A DNA stretch of 64,000 nt from an uncultured Nitrospiraceae bacterium (GCA_963846575.1 CAWJWJ010000002.1:544001-608000), one strand, 5' to 3'; counted from the stretch's first letter, positions 33,361 through 44,915 are shown. Numbers and translations: made by a program. Notes: generated by a model from the sequence alone, not told the origin.

Positions 33361-34666
33361 GCGTCTCCTCACGAGTTTTCAGAACATCTTCAAGATCCCG
33401 GAGTTGCGCACCCGTGTGTTGTTTACACTCGGGATGCTTGTCGTCTATCGCGTTGGCGCGCATATTCCAACTCCGGGGATCAACGGTGAAGCCCTATCTG
33501 AGTTCCTGCAAAAGCAGGGCGGGGCCCTGCTCGGATTTTTGGACATCTTTTCAGGGGGATCACTATCACGGCTGACGATTTTTGCGCTCGGCATTATGCC
33601 TTATATCAGCGCATCGATCATTCTCCAGCTGTTGACTGTGGTGATACCGCACCTGTCAAAGTTGGCCAAAGAGGGAGAACGTGGCAGAAAAAAGATTATT
33701 CAGTATACCCGTTTCGGGACAATTGTCATTGCCTTGATTCAAGGGTTCGGGATTGCCGTGGGACTCGAACAAATGAATCAGGGTGCTTTTGTGCTCAGTC
33801 CAGGCTGGAGTTTCCGGTTCATGACGGTCATTACCCTCTGTGCAGGAACCGGCTTCCTCATGTGGCTGGGTGAGCAGATCACCGAACGCGGCATCGGAAA
33901 TGGAATATCCCTGATCATATTCGCGGGCATTGTGGCGCGATTGCCGGCGGCTGTGGCCCAGACCTTTGATTTGTACAAAGTGGGTCAGCTGAGTTTCCCG
34001 CTCCTAGTAGTTCTGACTCTGGTGATGTTTGCTGTGGTGGCCGCAATCGTTTTTCTGGAAAGCGGAAGAAGAAAAGTCCCTGTCCAATATGCGAAGCGTG
34101 TCATTGGACGGCGGGTATACGGCGGTCAAAGCACCCATATTCCGCTTAAGATCAACACGGCGGGAGTCATTCCACCTATTTTCGCATCATCGATCATTGC
34201 ATTTCCGGCTACGATTGCGGGGTTCTTTGAAACCCCGTGGATCAAGGAATTTGGAACCCAACTAGCCCCGGGCTCGCTTCTGTATACATTGATGTATGTT
34301 GGTCTCATAGTCTTCTTCTGTTTCTTTTATACCGCTGTGGTTATGAATCCCGTGGATATGGCGGACAATCTGAAAAAATATGGTGGATTTGTACCAGGGA
34401 TTCGTCCCGGCCAGCGGACCTCCGATTATATTTACTCCGTGCTTACGAAAATCACGTTCGCCGGAGCAATTTACCTGGCCATAGTGTGCGTTATTCCTGA
34501 GTTTCTCATCTACAAGCTGAATATGCCATTTTACTTCGGTGGGACATCTCTCTTGATCGTCATTGGCGTGGGATTGGACACAGCCCAGCAAATTGAGTCG
34601 CATCTCCTGAACCGCAATTATGACGGCTTCCTACAAAAGGGAAAACTTCGTGGCAGAACCACGTAA
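33353..34666 (+). CDS. secY: Preprotein translocase subunit SecY
   Basis: [47 protein letters not shown]. Confidence 0.99.
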   Translation: MFERLLTSFQNIFKIPELRTRVLFTLGMLVVYRVGAHIPTPGINGEALSEFLQKQGGALLGFLDIFSGGSLSRLTIFALGIMPYISASIILQLLTVVIPHLSKLAKEGERGRKKIIQYTRFGTIVIALIQGFGIAVGLEQMNQGAFVLSPGWSFRFMTVITLCAGTGFLMWLGEQITERGIGNGISLIIFAGIVARLPAAVAQTFDLYKVGQLSFPLLVVLTLVMFAVVAAIVFLESGRRKVPVQYAKRVIGRRVYGGQSTHIPLKINTAGVIPPIFASSIIAFPATIAGFFETPWIKEFGTQLAPGSLLYTLMYVGLIVFFCFFYTAVVMNPVDMADNLKKYGGFVPGIRPGQRTSDYIYSVLTKITFAGAIYLAIVCVIPEFLIYKLNMPFYFGGTSLLIVIGVGLDTAQQIESHLLNRNYDGFLQKGKLRGRTT

Positions 34667-34675
34667 GGCATTGTG

Positions 34676-35332
34676 ATGCGACTTGTTTTTTTGGGAGCCC
34701 CAGGGGTCGGGAAGGGAACTCAAGCAGATCGGGTAACCGATCAGTTTGGTTGGCCGAAGGTTTCTACAGGGGATCTCCTGCGGGAGGCAGTCAGGAGTCA
34801 AACCACCTTGGGGATCGAAGCGAAAAAATTTATGGACGTCGGTAAGCTTGTACCTGACACCGTGGTCATAAATATGGTGCGCGAGAAGTTAGGGGATCCT
34901 CTGTGCAAGAATGGCTTTATTTTAGACGGTTTTCCCAGAACCGTAGCGCAAGCTGAAGAGTTGAATGGCATGCTTGGCACGAGCAATCGATCGCTTGATC
35001 GCGTCATTAATTTTACCGTGTCGCGTCAGGATATCGTCGCGCGGTTGAGTGGCCGACGCAGTTGTCCAAAGTGCCAAAGTATCTTCCACACAAGCTTCGC
35101 GCCTCCCAAAATAGCGGATCGGTGTGATCGATGCGGTGATGGATTGGTCCAGCGAAACGACGATAAGCCAGAAACGATCGAGGCCCGGTTGAAAGTGTAT
35201 GAGGAGCAGACGGCTCCCCTCATTGCGTATTACCAAGGGAAACAGATCCTGAGCCATTTAGATGGCTCAGGTGATATGGGGCATGTTTACGATAGGTTAG
35301 TGACCGTCCTCCGCGGGCTCGGGGCCGCATGA
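34676..35332 (+). CDS. adk: Adenylate kinase (Zn-binding lid)
   Basis: GAPGVGKGTQ, STGDLLR, LDGFPRT, CPKC...CDRC lid. Confidence 0.98.
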   Translation: MRLVFLGAPGVGKGTQADRVTDQFGWPKVSTGDLLREAVRSQTTLGIEAKKFMDVGKLVPDTVVINMVREKLGDPLCKNGFILDGFPRTVAQAEELNGMLGTSNRSLDRVINFTVSRQDIVARLSGRRSCPKCQSIFHTSFAPPKIADRCDRCGDGLVQRNDDKPETIEARLKVYEEQTAPLIAYYQGKQILSHLDGSGDMGHVYDRLVTVLRGLGAA

Positions 35333-36084
35333 TCGTGTTCAAAACGCCTGACGAAGTTGCGTTAATGGCGCAGGCATCTCGGGTGGTCGCCGAAGTGTTG
35401 GAATTATTGAAAACGAAGGTGGCACCTGGTATTACCACCGACGATCTTGATCGCATGGCGGAAGAGGCCATTCGTGAGCGAGGCGCGATCCCTGCGTTCA
35501 AGGGTTATAGAAACTATCCCAAGACACTTTGTGCATCAGTGAACGAACAGGTTGTCCATGGCATCCCGTCCAAGCGCCGCCTGAAAGACGGGGATATTAT
35601 CGGTTTAGATCTTGGCGCAATTGTCTCCGGCTTCTACGGCGATTCGGCAGTAACTGTTCCGGTCGGAGCTGTAAGTAACGACGCCAGACGTCTCATTCAG
35701 GTGACTGAGGACTCTCTGTACCAAGGTATCGCTCAGGCCGTGGTTGGGAATAGATTGTCGGATGTTTCCCATGCGGTTCAACGTCATGTGGAAGCAGCTG
35801 GTTTTACCGTCGTCACCGAATTCGTAGGCCATGGTATCGGGAGGCAGCTCCACGAGGAACCTCAAGTGCCGAACTATGGGCGGCCTGGTCAAGGCCCGCG
35901 GTTACAGGTTGGGATGGTATTGGCCATTGAGCCAATGGTGAACATGGGTGGTAGCGCAATCAGGATTCTTGAGGATCGCTGGACGGCTGTGACCCAGGAT
36001 GGCTGCTGGTCGGCTCACTTCGAGCATACCATCGCCATTCAGCCGAGTGGGCCGGCTAGGATTCTCTCGCAGTTATCACATTAA
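35329..36084 (+). CDS. map: Methionine aminopeptidase type I
   Basis: SVNEQVVHGIP, GHGIG, HEEPQV, AIEPMVN, SAHFEHT. Confidence 0.98.
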   Translation: MIVFKTPDEVALMAQASRVVAEVLELLKTKVAPGITTDDLDRMAEEAIRERGAIPAFKGYRNYPKTLCASVNEQVVHGIPSKRRLKDGDIIGLDLGAIVSGFYGDSAVTVPVGAVSNDARRLIQVTEDSLYQGIAQAVVGNRLSDVSHAVQRHVEAAGFTVVTEFVGHGIGRQLHEEPQVPNYGRPGQGPRLQVGMVLAIEPMVNMGGSAIRILEDRWTAVTQDGCWSAHFEHTIAIQPSGPARILSQLSH

Positions 36085-36105
36085 GAGGGGGAGGCGTACC
36101 GATAC

Positions 36106-36324
36106 GTGCCAAAAGAAGACGTTATAGAAGTGACCGGCACGGTGGCTGAAACACTCCCGAACGCGATGTTTCGCGTTGAATTAGACCATGGGCACAGGAT
36201 TTTAGCGCACATCTCTGGGAAAATGCGGATGCATTTCATTCGGATTCTACCCGGCGATAAGGTGACAGTCCAATTGTCTCCCTATGATCTGACAAGAGGC
36301 CGTATCACCTATCGATTCAAGTAG
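36106..36324 (+). CDS. infA: Translation initiation factor IF-1
   Basis: [25 protein letters not shown]. Confidence 0.99.
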   Translation: MPKEDVIEVTGTVAETLPNAMFRVELDHGHRILAHISGKMRMHFIRILPGDKVTVQLSPYDLTRGRITYRFK

Positions 36325-36342
36325 TGGAGAAATGGAACTGCT

Positions 36343-36456
36343 ATGAAGGTCAAGTCGTCAGTAAAGCCGATTTGTGCAAAATGTAAAGTCGTCCGCAGGC
36401 GAGGGGTCGTGCGGGTGTTGTGTGCAAATCCCCGTCACAAGCAGCGGCAAGGTTAA
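36343..36456 (+). CDS. rpmJ: 50S ribosomal protein L36
   Basis: Not in ORF track. Translates [37 protein letters not shown]. Confidence 0.97.
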   Translation: MKVKSSVKPICAKCKVVRRRGVVRVLCANPRHKQRQG

Positions 36457-36547
36457 CTGATCGGTGGCCCGCTGATATCGGACCACTGTCGCAGAGGCCC
36501 TTCATGACGGCCCCCAATGGGATGAAGGGACAGAATTAGAGGGAATT

Positions 36548-36937
36548 ATGGCACGTATCGCAGGTGTGGATTTGCCAAAAGACAAACGGATTGATATCGG
36601 CCTGACCTATGTATTTGGGATTGGTCGTGCGGCTGCTCAAGCCATTCTGAAGAAAGCAGGGGTCGATGGCTCAATCCGTGTCAAGGACGTCAGCGAAGAC
36701 AAGATCGTCAAAATGCGCGAAGTTATCGAGCGTGACTATCGAGTCGAGGGCGATCTGCGAAAAGAAGTATCGATGAACATCAAGCGACTTGTAGATACCG
36801 GAACATTTCGTGGTCTCCGGCATCGAAAGGGTTTGCCCGTTCGCGGACAGCGGACCAAAACAAACGCGCGAACTCGCAAAGGGAGACGCTCGGGTGTGGG
36901 TAGCAAACCGCAGAAGCCCGCTGGTGCAAGAGGATAA
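36548..36937 (+). CDS. rpsM: 30S ribosomal protein S13
   Basis: [35 protein letters not shown]. Confidence 0.99.
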   Translation: MARIAGVDLPKDKRIDIGLTYVFGIGRAAAQAILKKAGVDGSIRVKDVSEDKIVKMREVIERDYRVEGDLRKEVSMNIKRLVDTGTFRGLRHRKGLPVRGQRTKTNARTRKGRRSGVGSKPQKPAGARG

Positions 36938-36978
36938 GAGGCCAGACCGAGCAGGCGCGATGCGCTGAGGGAGATTCT

Positions 36979-37362
36979 ATGAGTGTGAAGAAGGGCAAGA
37001 AGAAGGAACGTAAGATCGTCCAGAGTGGCGTGGCTCACGTACAGGCATCGTTTAACAACACGATCGTGACCATCACCGATATGAGCGGCAATACCGTGGT
37101 TTGGGCCAGCTCTGGCAATCAAGGCTTTAAGGGGTCACGCAAGAGCACTCCATTCGCGGCCCAGCGGGCCGGCGAGGCCGCCGCAAGGAAGGCAATGGAG
37201 AACGGTATGCGGCAGGTGGATGTGTATGTCAATGGGCCTGGAGCTGGGCGAGAATCCGCCATTCGTTCCCTACAAAGTGCTGGATTACGAATCAATCTGA
37301 TTCGAGACGTGACGCCCATACCACATAACGGGTGTCGCCCGCCAAAACGACGACGTGTGTAA
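36979..37362 (+). CDS. rpsK: 30S ribosomal protein S11
   Basis: [30 protein letters not shown]. Confidence 0.99.
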   Translation: MSVKKGKKKERKIVQSGVAHVQASFNNTIVTITDMSGNTVVWASSGNQGFKGSRKSTPFAAQRAGEAAARKAMENGMRQVDVYVNGPGAGRESAIRSLQSAGLRINLIRDVTPIPHNGCRPPKRRRV

Positions 37363-37430
37363 CGTCGTTCGGACATTGTTGCAACTGGTAATCGCTGATT
37401 GAGTCGTTGAGGTAGAGGAGGGGTAGGAGC

Positions 37431-38057
37431 GTGGCAAAATATAGTGGACCTGTCTGCCGGTTGTGTCGGAGAGAGGGCGAGAAGCTCTTCTTGAAAGGGT
37501 CTCGTTGCATGACCGAGAAGTGCGCTATCGAGCGCCGGAGTTATCCCCCGGGGCAGCACGGTCAGGCTCGTCAGCGAACCTCGGATTACAGCTTGCAGTT
37601 ACGCGAGAAGCAAAAGCTGAAGAGAATCTATGGCTTACAAGAGTGTCAGTTCCGGGGCATTTTTGAGCGGGCTGAGCGCCAAACTGGGGTGACAGGCGAT
37701 ACCCTGCTTCGACTGTTGGAATGCCGCTTAGACAATGTCGTCTACCGGCTCGGCTTCGGAGCCTCACGCAAGGAGGCCCGTCAGTTGATCAATCATGGTC
37801 ACATGATGATTAACGGCCGTAAGGTCAAGGCACCAGGGGCGCTGGTCAAGACAGGCGATTCGATCGAAGTACGGCAAAAGAGCCGGGAGATGCTTCCCAT
37901 TCAGGGGGCGCTCGCGGCGGTCGACGGGCGCGGTATTCCAGAATGGCTCGAATTGGATCGAGGGGCCTTCAAGGGCACGATCCGCTCACTGCCAACCAAG
38001 GATCATATTGTTCTGCCGGTGAATGAACAAATGGTCGTTGAATTATACTCGCGCTAA
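37431..38057 (+). CDS. rpsD: 30S ribosomal protein S4
   Basis: CRLCRREG, PGQHG, LREKQK, LECRLDNVVYR, VVELYSR. Confidence 0.99.
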   Translation: MAKYSGPVCRLCRREGEKLFLKGSRCMTEKCAIERRSYPPGQHGQARQRTSDYSLQLREKQKLKRIYGLQECQFRGIFERAERQTGVTGDTLLRLLECRLDNVVYRLGFGASRKEARQLINHGHMMINGRKVKAPGALVKTGDSIEVRQKSREMLPIQGALAAVDGRGIPEWLELDRGAFKGTIRSLPTKDHIVLPVNEQMVVELYSR

Positions 38058-38139
38058 GCGATCCTGGCTGAGCCCGGTAGTTGTGCTCTGCCAAGGCTGA
38101 ACGATAGATGGGCTCACACGAGTTAATGAAGGGGGAGTC

Positions 38140-39141
38140 ATGATTAAAGCGATGAAAGACTTTCAGATCCCCATGCGGGTGGAAGTCGACAAGGACACTC
38201 TTTCCCCGACATTCGGTAGATTTACGACTGAGGCATTCGAGCGAGGATTCGGCACCACGGTTGGGAACTCGCTGCGCCGTGTGTTGTTATCTTCCCTGAC
38301 AGGGGCTGCAGTGACGACCGTCAAGATCGAAGGAGTCCTGCACGAATTCTCCACGATTCCTGGCGTGACAGAAGATGTGACGTCGATCATATTGAATGTG
38401 AAGAGCCTTCGGTTGGCCTTGCAAGGCGACAAGCCAAAGACCATTCGCCTCAAGAAGAAAGGGCCAGGAGAGGCGAAGGGCTCGGATATAACTCATGACG
38501 GCGATGTGACCATTCTGACACCGGATTTGCATATCGCGACGCTTGACAAGGATGCCTCGCTGGATGTGGAAATGACCATCAAGCATGGTCGTGGATTTGT
38601 ACCCGCCGAACGAAACAAGGAAGAAGGTTTGCCCATCGGTGTAATTGCTGTGGACTCAATTTTCTCACCGATCAAACGAGTCAACTTTCATGTCGAAAAT
38701 GCCCGCGTGGGACGCATGACCGACTATGACAAGCTGACCCTTGAAATTTGGACCGACGGAACAATTTCTCCCCGCGATGCCTTGTCCAATGCCGCAGGCA
38801 TTCTCCGAGAGCATTTAGACATTTTCATCAATCCAGAAGAACGTTCGGATGCGAAGCCCGCCGTCGGCAGCGAAGATCTCTCCGATGAGGTCAACAAGAA
38901 TCTGTATCGTAGCGTGAACGAGTTGGAGCTATCGGTCCGTGCAGCCAACTGTCTTAAGAACGCCAATATCAAGACGATTGCGGACTTGGTGCAAAAAACA
39001 GAAGCCGAGATGTTGAAGACCAAGAATTTTGGAAAGAAATCCCTCAATGAAATCAAGGAAATCCTGACCGAAATGGGACTGAGCCTTGGAATGAAGGTCG
39101 ATGCCTTGCCGTCAGGCGACGCGGGCGTTCGGTCAGAATAA
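38140..39141 (+). CDS. rpoA: RNA polymerase alpha subunit
   Basis: [48 protein letters not shown]. Confidence 0.99.
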   Translation: MIKAMKDFQIPMRVEVDKDTLSPTFGRFTTEAFERGFGTTVGNSLRRVLLSSLTGAAVTTVKIEGVLHEFSTIPGVTEDVTSIILNVKSLRLALQGDKPKTIRLKKKGPGEAKGSDITHDGDVTILTPDLHIATLDKDASLDVEMTIKHGRGFVPAERNKEEGLPIGVIAVDSIFSPIKRVNFHVENARVGRMTDYDKLTLEIWTDGTISPRDALSNAAGILREHLDIFINPEERSDAKPAVGSEDLSDEVNKNLYRSVNELELSVRAANCLKNANIKTIADLVQKTEAEMLKTKNFGKKSLNEIKEILTEMGLSLGMKVDALPSGDAGVRSE

Positions 39142-39156
39142 GAAAGGAACAGGACT

Positions 39157-39606
39157 GTGCGCCACAAAAAGAAGGGTCGACAGCTCGGACGTCAAACTAA
39201 ACATCGCTGGGCTCTGTTTCGGAGTCTCGTGACCTCTCTCCTGGAGCATGAGCGGATTGAAACGACCGAGGCGAAGGCGAAGGAAATTCGTGGCTTTACC
39301 GATCGCATGATTTCCTTGGGCAAAGATGGCAGTCTCCCGGCCCGCCGTCGTGCCCTGAGTTTCTTGCGCAGCAAGGCGGTGGTTTCCAAGCTGTTCAGTG
39401 ATGTTGCAGTTCGGTTTCGTGACCGGCCAGGTGGATACACGCGTATAATCCGCACCCGCCGTCGGGTGGGTGATGCGGCCGAAATGGTGGCAATGGAACT
39501 CGTTGCTCGACCAGCAGCCGCCGTGGCTTCGCCAGCATCCGGTGCAGCTGCCGCATCTCAACAGAAAGACACTTCTTCCCAGAGCTCTGCGCCTGCAGAG
39601 AGCTAG
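39157..39606 (+). CDS. rplQ: 50S ribosomal protein L17
   Basis: MRHKK, IETTEAKAKE, RPGGYTRI; Ala/Ser-rich C-terminal tail. Confidence 0.98.
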   Translation: MRHKKKGRQLGRQTKHRWALFRSLVTSLLEHERIETTEAKAKEIRGFTDRMISLGKDGSLPARRRALSFLRSKAVVSKLFSDVAVRFRDRPGGYTRIIRTRRRVGDAAEMVAMELVARPAAAVASPASGAAAASQQKDTSSQSSAPAES

Positions 39607-39612
39607 AGTTAT

Positions 39613-39649
39613 GACTGCCACGACGGCCTGTCTGGTCGTCGTGGCAGTC
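39613..39649 (+). terminator. Strong hairpin ending the alpha operon (terminator or 3' stabiliser)
   Basis: GACTGCCACGACGGCC-TGTCT-GGTCGTCGTGGCAGTC, a 16-bp stem with one G-U. No clear U-tract follows. Confidence 0.6.
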
Positions 39650-39807
39650 CCGCCATTGGTTGCTTCGCCCTCCCTCATAAATCCTCGCATCGTCAATATT
39701 TTCATTCGTCCAATGTGCACCGGCAGGTTTACTTGGCCCAGGTGGAATGCTACTATCATGCCACCGTCTTTTGGCTGGGAAGCTTTATAAACTTACAGGC
39801 TTTTTGC

Positions 39808-40380
39808 ATGTGGGAACGTTGGTTTAGGCGGAGTCTTCTCGCCCTAAGTGTGCTTCTGGCGGCCTTTCTGGGGTACCTGCTCGTCACCCGATCCAATCCA
39901 AATTCTTCATCTAGGTCCGTGACAACAGTGGGGGCCGACTCGGCTGACGCGCAGATTCAGGACTTCACATACACCCAGACCAAAGGGGACATCGTTCAAT
40001 GGAAGGTGCAGGCAGACCAGGCTCGCCTGTTTGAGAAGGACAGCCGAGCGATTCTAAATAATGTTCAAGTCACGCTCTACGGAAGTCAGGGGCGAGAACT
40101 GACGCTCTCTGGTGATGAGGGGACGCTTGATACGCAAACGAAGAACTTCCAGCTCTCCAACCGCACGGACCCGATCGTGGTGGAAACACAAAGTGGGTAT
40201 ACCATTCAAACCAATCACCTTCAGTGGACGGATGCACGACACGAAATCCAAACCTCAGACCATGTCACCATCAACGGGCATGGATTACAAGTCACGGGCA
40301 TGGGGCTGCTCGGCAAAATGGATATTGAGGAATTTCAGGTGCTGGACGATGTTCGCGTGGATGTGGTGCCTGCTTCTTAA
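39808..40380 (+). CDS. lptC: LPS export periplasmic protein LptC
   Basis: Single N-terminal TM then beta-rich domain (WKVQADQA, TNHLQW, VTGMGL). Upstream of lptA/lptB/rpoN. Confidence 0.8.
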   Translation: MWERWFRRSLLALSVLLAAFLGYLLVTRSNPNSSSRSVTTVGADSADAQIQDFTYTQTKGDIVQWKVQADQARLFEKDSRAILNNVQVTLYGSQGRELTLSGDEGTLDTQTKNFQLSNRTDPIVVETQSGYTIQTNHLQWTDARHEIQTSDHVTINGHGLQVTGMGLLGKMDIEEFQVLDDVRVDVVPAS

Positions 40381-40951
40381 TGTCCTCGTGTGGCTAGCCG
40401 GCCCCCTCGCACATGCTGCCGAACCACGGATGCCAGCGCCCAGTGCCGAGCAGGTATCAACAAGAATTACGTCCCGGACAATGACCGTTAACAATCAGGA
40501 GAATACGGCGATCTTCGACGGATCAGTGGTACTAACGCGAGGGCCGCTCGTGGTGTATTCTGACCATATGGTGGTGACATTTCACGGCAATGCCAACAGT
40601 CCTGAGGCTCACACATCCCCTCACGCAGCCAAACCAGAACAGAGTCTTGGAGGGAATGCACCAGCGTCACGAGGACGCGAGGCCACACCTACGGTTTCCG
40701 ATCGCACTATTCGCATGCTCGAGGCTACCGGCCGAGTCAAGATTGAGAAAGAAGATGGACGTGCCACCTGCCGCAGGGCCATATACTATGAAGCAGACAA
40801 AAAAATTATCCTGACGGGTGATCCTGTGGCGTGGCAAAAGGGGACTCGTGTCTCGGGAAAGCGGATCATCATGTTTCTAGACGAAGATCGAAGTGTGGTA
40901 GAGGGCGACTCGCAGGTCATTATCGAAGGTGAAGGCGGAGCCCAGCGGTGA
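40349..40951 (+). CDS. lptA: LPS transport periplasmic protein LptA (OstA-like)
   Basis: Signal peptide, [23 protein letters not shown]...IILTGDP, SGKRI. Start uncertain (40349 or 40361). Confidence 0.8.
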   Translation: MFAWMWCLLLNVLVWLAGPLAHAAEPRMPAPSAEQVSTRITSRTMTVNNQENTAIFDGSVVLTRGPLVVYSDHMVVTFHGNANSPEAHTSPHAAKPEQSLGGNAPASRGREATPTVSDRTIRMLEATGRVKIEKEDGRATCRRAIYYEADKKIILTGDPVAWQKGTRVSGKRIIMFLDEDRSVVEGDSQVIIEGEGGAQR

Positions 40952-41736
40952 GTGTCACATCCTCCAGATTCCAGACTCGGATTGACCCCGGTTCGGTTTC
41001 ACCTGATGTGACAGCAGATCGTCTGGCGGCGACGGGCCTGGTCAAGAGCTTTCGGAGCCGGAAGGTTGTCAAAGGCGTGTCGCTCGACGTACGGGCCGGC
41101 GAGGTGGTCGGTTTACTTGGGCCCAACGGGGCAGGGAAAACTACCATTTTCGATATGATGGTGGGACTTTGCCAGCCTGACGAAGGAGAGATTACTTTAA
41201 GCGGCGAAGATATTACCCAACTGCCCATGTATAAACGGGCTCGTCGCGGCATTGGTTATTTGCCCCAGGAATCATCGGTCTTTCGTCGTTTGTCGGTGGA
41301 ACATAATATCCTTGCGATTCTGGAGATGCTGGGCTATTCGAGAAGTGAGCGAATGGAGCGTGTGGAAGCATTGCTGAAGGAACTGGATCTCGCGCATATT
41401 CGCACCAGCAAAGCCTACGCCTTGTCCGGCGGAGAGCGGCGGCGGCTGGAGATTACGAGGGCACTAGCAACCAGTCCATTGTTCATGTTGCTGGACGAGC
41501 CCTTCGCCGGAATTGATCCCATTGCAGTCGCCGATATTCAGCAAATCATCATACGGTTGAAGCAGCGGAACATTGGCGTGTTGATCACCGATCACAATGT
41601 CAGGGAGACGCTCTCGATTACCGATCGAGCCTATATCATCAACGAGGGATTAATTTTGGAATCTGGTGCGCCCGGCGTCATCGAAAAAAGTGAAATGGCT
41701 AGGGCCGTCTATCTTGGAGAAGGATTCCGCCTTTAG
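40948..41736 (+). CDS. lptB: LPS export ABC transporter ATP-binding protein LptB
   Basis: [53 protein letters not shown]. Confidence 0.96.
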   Translation: MSVTSSRFQTRIDPGSVSPDVTADRLAATGLVKSFRSRKVVKGVSLDVRAGEVVGLLGPNGAGKTTIFDMMVGLCQPDEGEITLSGEDITQLPMYKRARRGIGYLPQESSVFRRLSVEHNILAILEMLGYSRSERMERVEALLKELDLAHIRTSKAYALSGGERRRLEITRALATSPLFMLLDEPFAGIDPIAVADIQQIIIRLKQRNIGVLITDHNVRETLSITDRAYIINEGLILESGAPGVIEKSEMARAVYLGEGFRL

Positions 41737-41755
41737 CCGGTAGGAGCGAAGTGCC

Positions 41756-43273
41756 ATGAAGCTGCGACTGGACCTCAGACTCAGCCAGAAGCTCATTATG
41801 ACGCCGCAACTGCAGCAGGCGATCAAGTTGCTGCAGTTGTCTCGATTGGAGCTTCAGCAAAGTCTGCAGCAACACCTTCTGGAAAATCCATTACTGGATG
41901 AGTTGGTGACCGAGACTGAGGAGAACGAGGAAGCGGCCGCAGGCGATCGCGAGCAGTCAGAGACTCCGACCACCGCGACCAGTGAGACCAGCAGTGAAGG
42001 CGACGATAAGCCGACCGAAAGCGGGGAAAATGCCGAAGAGTTTTCGGCATCAAGCTGGGAAGACTATTTCGACACAGACATGCGTCGTGGTGAAACCGAA
42101 TACAGTTCCTCATCCAAGGAGGAATTTCCTTCCTATGAACAAACTGTCGCTAAGTTCACCTCGCTGGAGGACCACCTGGTCTGGCAGCTCTCTCTGTCCG
42201 GTCTGTCCGATCGAGAAAAGGCCGTCGGCCGTCTTATCATCGGTAATTTGGATGATGACGGGTATCTTCGGATGACTCTCGATGATCTGGTGTCGGGGAC
42301 GCCCTACTCCGTCGCGGAGGCGGAATCGGTACTGAAGGATGTCCAAGGGTTTGATCCTAACGGAGTAGGAGCAAGAGACCTGTCCGAATGCCTGCTCCTT
42401 CAACTGAAATTCTTAGGCCGGAGCCAGATCGGTTCCTTGGGATCGCGTCCCGGAGTGTTGAAAGGATCGGTGCTCGAAGCCATCGTGCTTCACCACTTGA
42501 AGGATCTCGAAAAGAAGCAGTACAGCCGAATAGCCAAGGCGCTGAATATTTCGATGGAAGACGTATTTCAGGCGACCCGGATCATCGAAGGCCTTGAGCC
42601 AAAACCAGGACGTCCCTTCTCGAATACGCAAAATTATGCCATTGTTCCGGATGTGTTCGTCGTCAAGAACGAAGGGGAGTGGGAGGTCTTGCTCAATGAC
42701 GACGGTCTTCCGCGCATGCGCATCAGCCCATACTACAAGCAGTTAATGTCTTCGGGTCAGTCGGGAGCAGCTGAAACCAAGGCGTATTTGGATGATAAGC
42801 TGCGTGCGGCTCAATGGGTGATCCGCAGCATTGAGCAACGGAATAAAACGATTGTGAAAGTGGTCTCAAGCATCGTGAAGTTTCAGGAAGGATTTTTCGA
42901 GCGCGGCATACAGTATTTGAAACCGTTGGTGCTCAAGCAAGTCGCTGAAGACATCGGTATGCATGAATCCACCATCAGTCGAGTGACCGCTAATAAGTAT
43001 ATGTATTGTCCGCAGGGGATGCTGGAGTTGAAATTTTTCTTCAACGCAGGGCTTCAGCGAGCTGATCAACCATTGGACATGTTGTCGTCCCTCACTGTCC
43101 GCGAAATGATTCGGAAGATGGTCGCAGCGGAAGACGCACGCAAGCCTCTGAAGGACGAGGAAATTGCCGCGAAGCTTCGCACGCAGCAGGTGTTGATTGC
43201 TCGGCGAACTGTCGCCAAATATCGCGCAGAGGACAATATTCCTTCAGCGACCCAACGAAAGCGCTTCTTTTAG
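41756..43273 (+). CDS. rpoN: RNA polymerase sigma-54 factor
   Basis: MTPQLQQAIKLLQL, HESTISR, RpoN box ARRTVAKYR. Confidence 0.98.
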   Translation: MKLRLDLRLSQKLIMTPQLQQAIKLLQLSRLELQQSLQQHLLENPLLDELVTETEENEEAAAGDREQSETPTTATSETSSEGDDKPTESGENAEEFSASSWEDYFDTDMRRGETEYSSSSKEEFPSYEQTVAKFTSLEDHLVWQLSLSGLSDREKAVGRLIIGNLDDDGYLRMTLDDLVSGTPYSVAEAESVLKDVQGFDPNGVGARDLSECLLLQLKFLGRSQIGSLGSRPGVLKGSVLEAIVLHHLKDLEKKQYSRIAKALNISMEDVFQATRIIEGLEPKPGRPFSNTQNYAIVPDVFVVKNEGEWEVLLNDDGLPRMRISPYYKQLMSSGQSGAAETKAYLDDKLRAAQWVIRSIEQRNKTIVKVVSSIVKFQEGFFERGIQYLKPLVLKQVAEDIGMHESTISRVTANKYMYCPQGMLELKFFFNAGLQRADQPLDMLSSLTVREMIRKMVAAEDARKPLKDEEIAAKLRTQQVLIARRTVAKYRAEDNIPSATQRKRFF

Positions 43274-43376
43274 TTAGGCATGTAACACACACGAATTAAT
43301 CTCGGCGTGGCAGCAACAATCGTCTCAACGAGCTCGAACGCCCGGAGGTGTTTGGAGCCCGAGAAATGAGGATGGC

Positions 43377-43928
43377 ATGCGATTGATGATCACGGGACGG
43401 CATGTAGCGGTTACTCCGGCGTTGCGGCAATATGTGGAAACCAGAATGGAGCGGCTCGATCGCTACGGCTTGAAACTGGGGACGCTGCAGATTCTGCTCA
43501 GCCTGGAAAAGTTTCATCATGTGGCCGAAGTCGTCGGGGTCGTCCAGGGGCGACGGCTTCAGGCAAAAACGTCCACCGAAGAAATGTATGCTTCGATTGA
43601 TGAGGTCGTGGATAAGCTTGGGGCGCAATTGCGAAAGGTGAAAGAACGGCGAGCGAATCACAAATTCGGCGATCAGTCGCGGGTGCGCGCTCTCGTGCAA
43701 CGGGTTCCACGTCAGGATCAGAGCGAAATTCAAGTCGTCCGTCCAACGCTTGAGACCATGAGTGTCGAGGATGCCGTAGCGGTCATTCAGGCCTCACAAC
43801 AAAGTGTGCTCATGTTCACCAACGCCCTGTCAGGCCATGTCCAAGTGATCCAGCGAATGCCTGATGGGAAAGTCTCTCTGATTGATCCGGCGCGCGGTCG
43901 TGCCCGCGCCTCCCATGGCCGCGCTTAA
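43377..43928 (+). CDS. hpf: Ribosome hibernation promoting factor, long form (HPF/RaiA)
   Basis: ITGRHVAVTPALRQY, MYASIDEVVDKL, C-terminal MSVEDAV domain; directly after rpoN. Confidence 0.9.
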   Translation: MRLMITGRHVAVTPALRQYVETRMERLDRYGLKLGTLQILLSLEKFHHVAEVVGVVQGRRLQAKTSTEEMYASIDEVVDKLGAQLRKVKERRANHKFGDQSRVRALVQRVPRQDQSEIQVVRPTLETMSVEDAVAVIQASQQSVLMFTNALSGHVQVIQRMPDGKVSLIDPARGRARASHGRA

Positions 43929-44781
43929 TCTCGTCGTCATCAGTGGCCTTTCCGGATCCGGAAAGAGTCATGCCTTAAAGGCCTTTGAGGACGCAGGGTA
44001 TTTCTGCGTTGACAATCTTCCGCCTGCTCTCCTTCCTACGTTTGTCGAATTGTGTCATCAGCAAGGCGGCGAGATTAAGAACGTCGCCCTCGGAATCGAT
44101 ATTCGTGAACGGGTGTTCTTTGGAGACCTCGCGAAAGTCCTGGGCGAGTTAAAAGCGCAAGGACATGCGTTGCAACTCGTGTTTCTAGAAGCGCGAGAAG
44201 AAGTACTGGTTCGTCGATTTTCGGAGAGCCGTCGCCCGCATCCCTTGTTGCCCGACATGCCGGTCGTGGAAGGCGTGCGATTCGAGCGTGAGCGACTGAG
44301 CGAACTCCGGAAACACGCCGATCGGGTCATCGATACCTCGAACATAACCGTGCATGAATTGCGTGATCTGCTGATTAGGCAATTTCGTCAGGACATTCCT
44401 TCCCGTCGCATGACCATCTCCTTGGTCACCTTCGGATATAAATTCGGAGTTCCCTATGACATCGACCTGCTCTTCGATGTACGATTTATCCGAAACCCGT
44501 TCTTCGTGCCGGAACTCAAGGCCCTCACCGGTGAGGATACTCGGGTTCAGCAGTATGTATTCGCAGATCCGACTGCAGGCCAGTTTCTTGAGCACCTGGA
44601 GGGCCTGCTTGCCTTTCTGATCCCTCTGTATGAACGCGAGCAACGGAGTTATCTCAGTATCGGGATCGGCTGCACCGGGGGCCGTCATCGGTCTGTGACC
44701 ATGGCGCTGCGCCTTCGTGAGCGCCTCGCCACCCTCGGCTACGATGTGTCCGTAACCCACCGAGACCTGCAGAAATCCTAG
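43915..44781 (+). CDS. rapZ: RNase adapter RapZ (YhbJ/YvcJ) P-loop protein
   Basis: SGLSGSGKS, CVDNLP, RRFSESRRPHPL, FDVRF, GCTGGRHRSV. Confidence 0.95.
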   Translation: MAALNLVVISGLSGSGKSHALKAFEDAGYFCVDNLPPALLPTFVELCHQQGGEIKNVALGIDIRERVFFGDLAKVLGELKAQGHALQLVFLEAREEVLVRRFSESRRPHPLLPDMPVVEGVRFERERLSELRKHADRVIDTSNITVHELRDLLIRQFRQDIPSRRMTISLVTFGYKFGVPYDIDLLFDVRFIRNPFFVPELKALTGEDTRVQQYVFADPTAGQFLEHLEGLLAFLIPLYEREQRSYLSIGIGCTGGRHRSVTMALRLRERLATLGYDVSVTHRDLQKS

Positions 44782-44836
44782 CATTTCAGCTCCCGTCAAC
44801 GGATCCGTGAACCCTCTCGCTTCGACGTCCGCTTTC

Positions 44837-44864
44837 TTGACAGGTGGACTATATCAACTATACT
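44837..44864 (+). promoter_or_regulatory. Sigma70-type promoter for the HTH-pilMNOPQ operon
   Basis: TTGACA (44837-44842), 16 bp spacer, TATACT (44859-44864), in an AT-rich intergenic patch. Confidence 0.65.
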
Positions 44865-44915
44865 TAATTTCGTAAGTTCAAATTGCACCGTCAATAGAGG
44901 CGTTTGAGGCAGTGC

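Noticed and set aside
36461..36529. Two hairpins upstream of rpsM as an S4 autoregulatory element
   Set aside because: The stems are real (e.g. CCCTTCAT/ATGAAGGG, 36498-36529) but I cannot match them to a known S4 leader fold.
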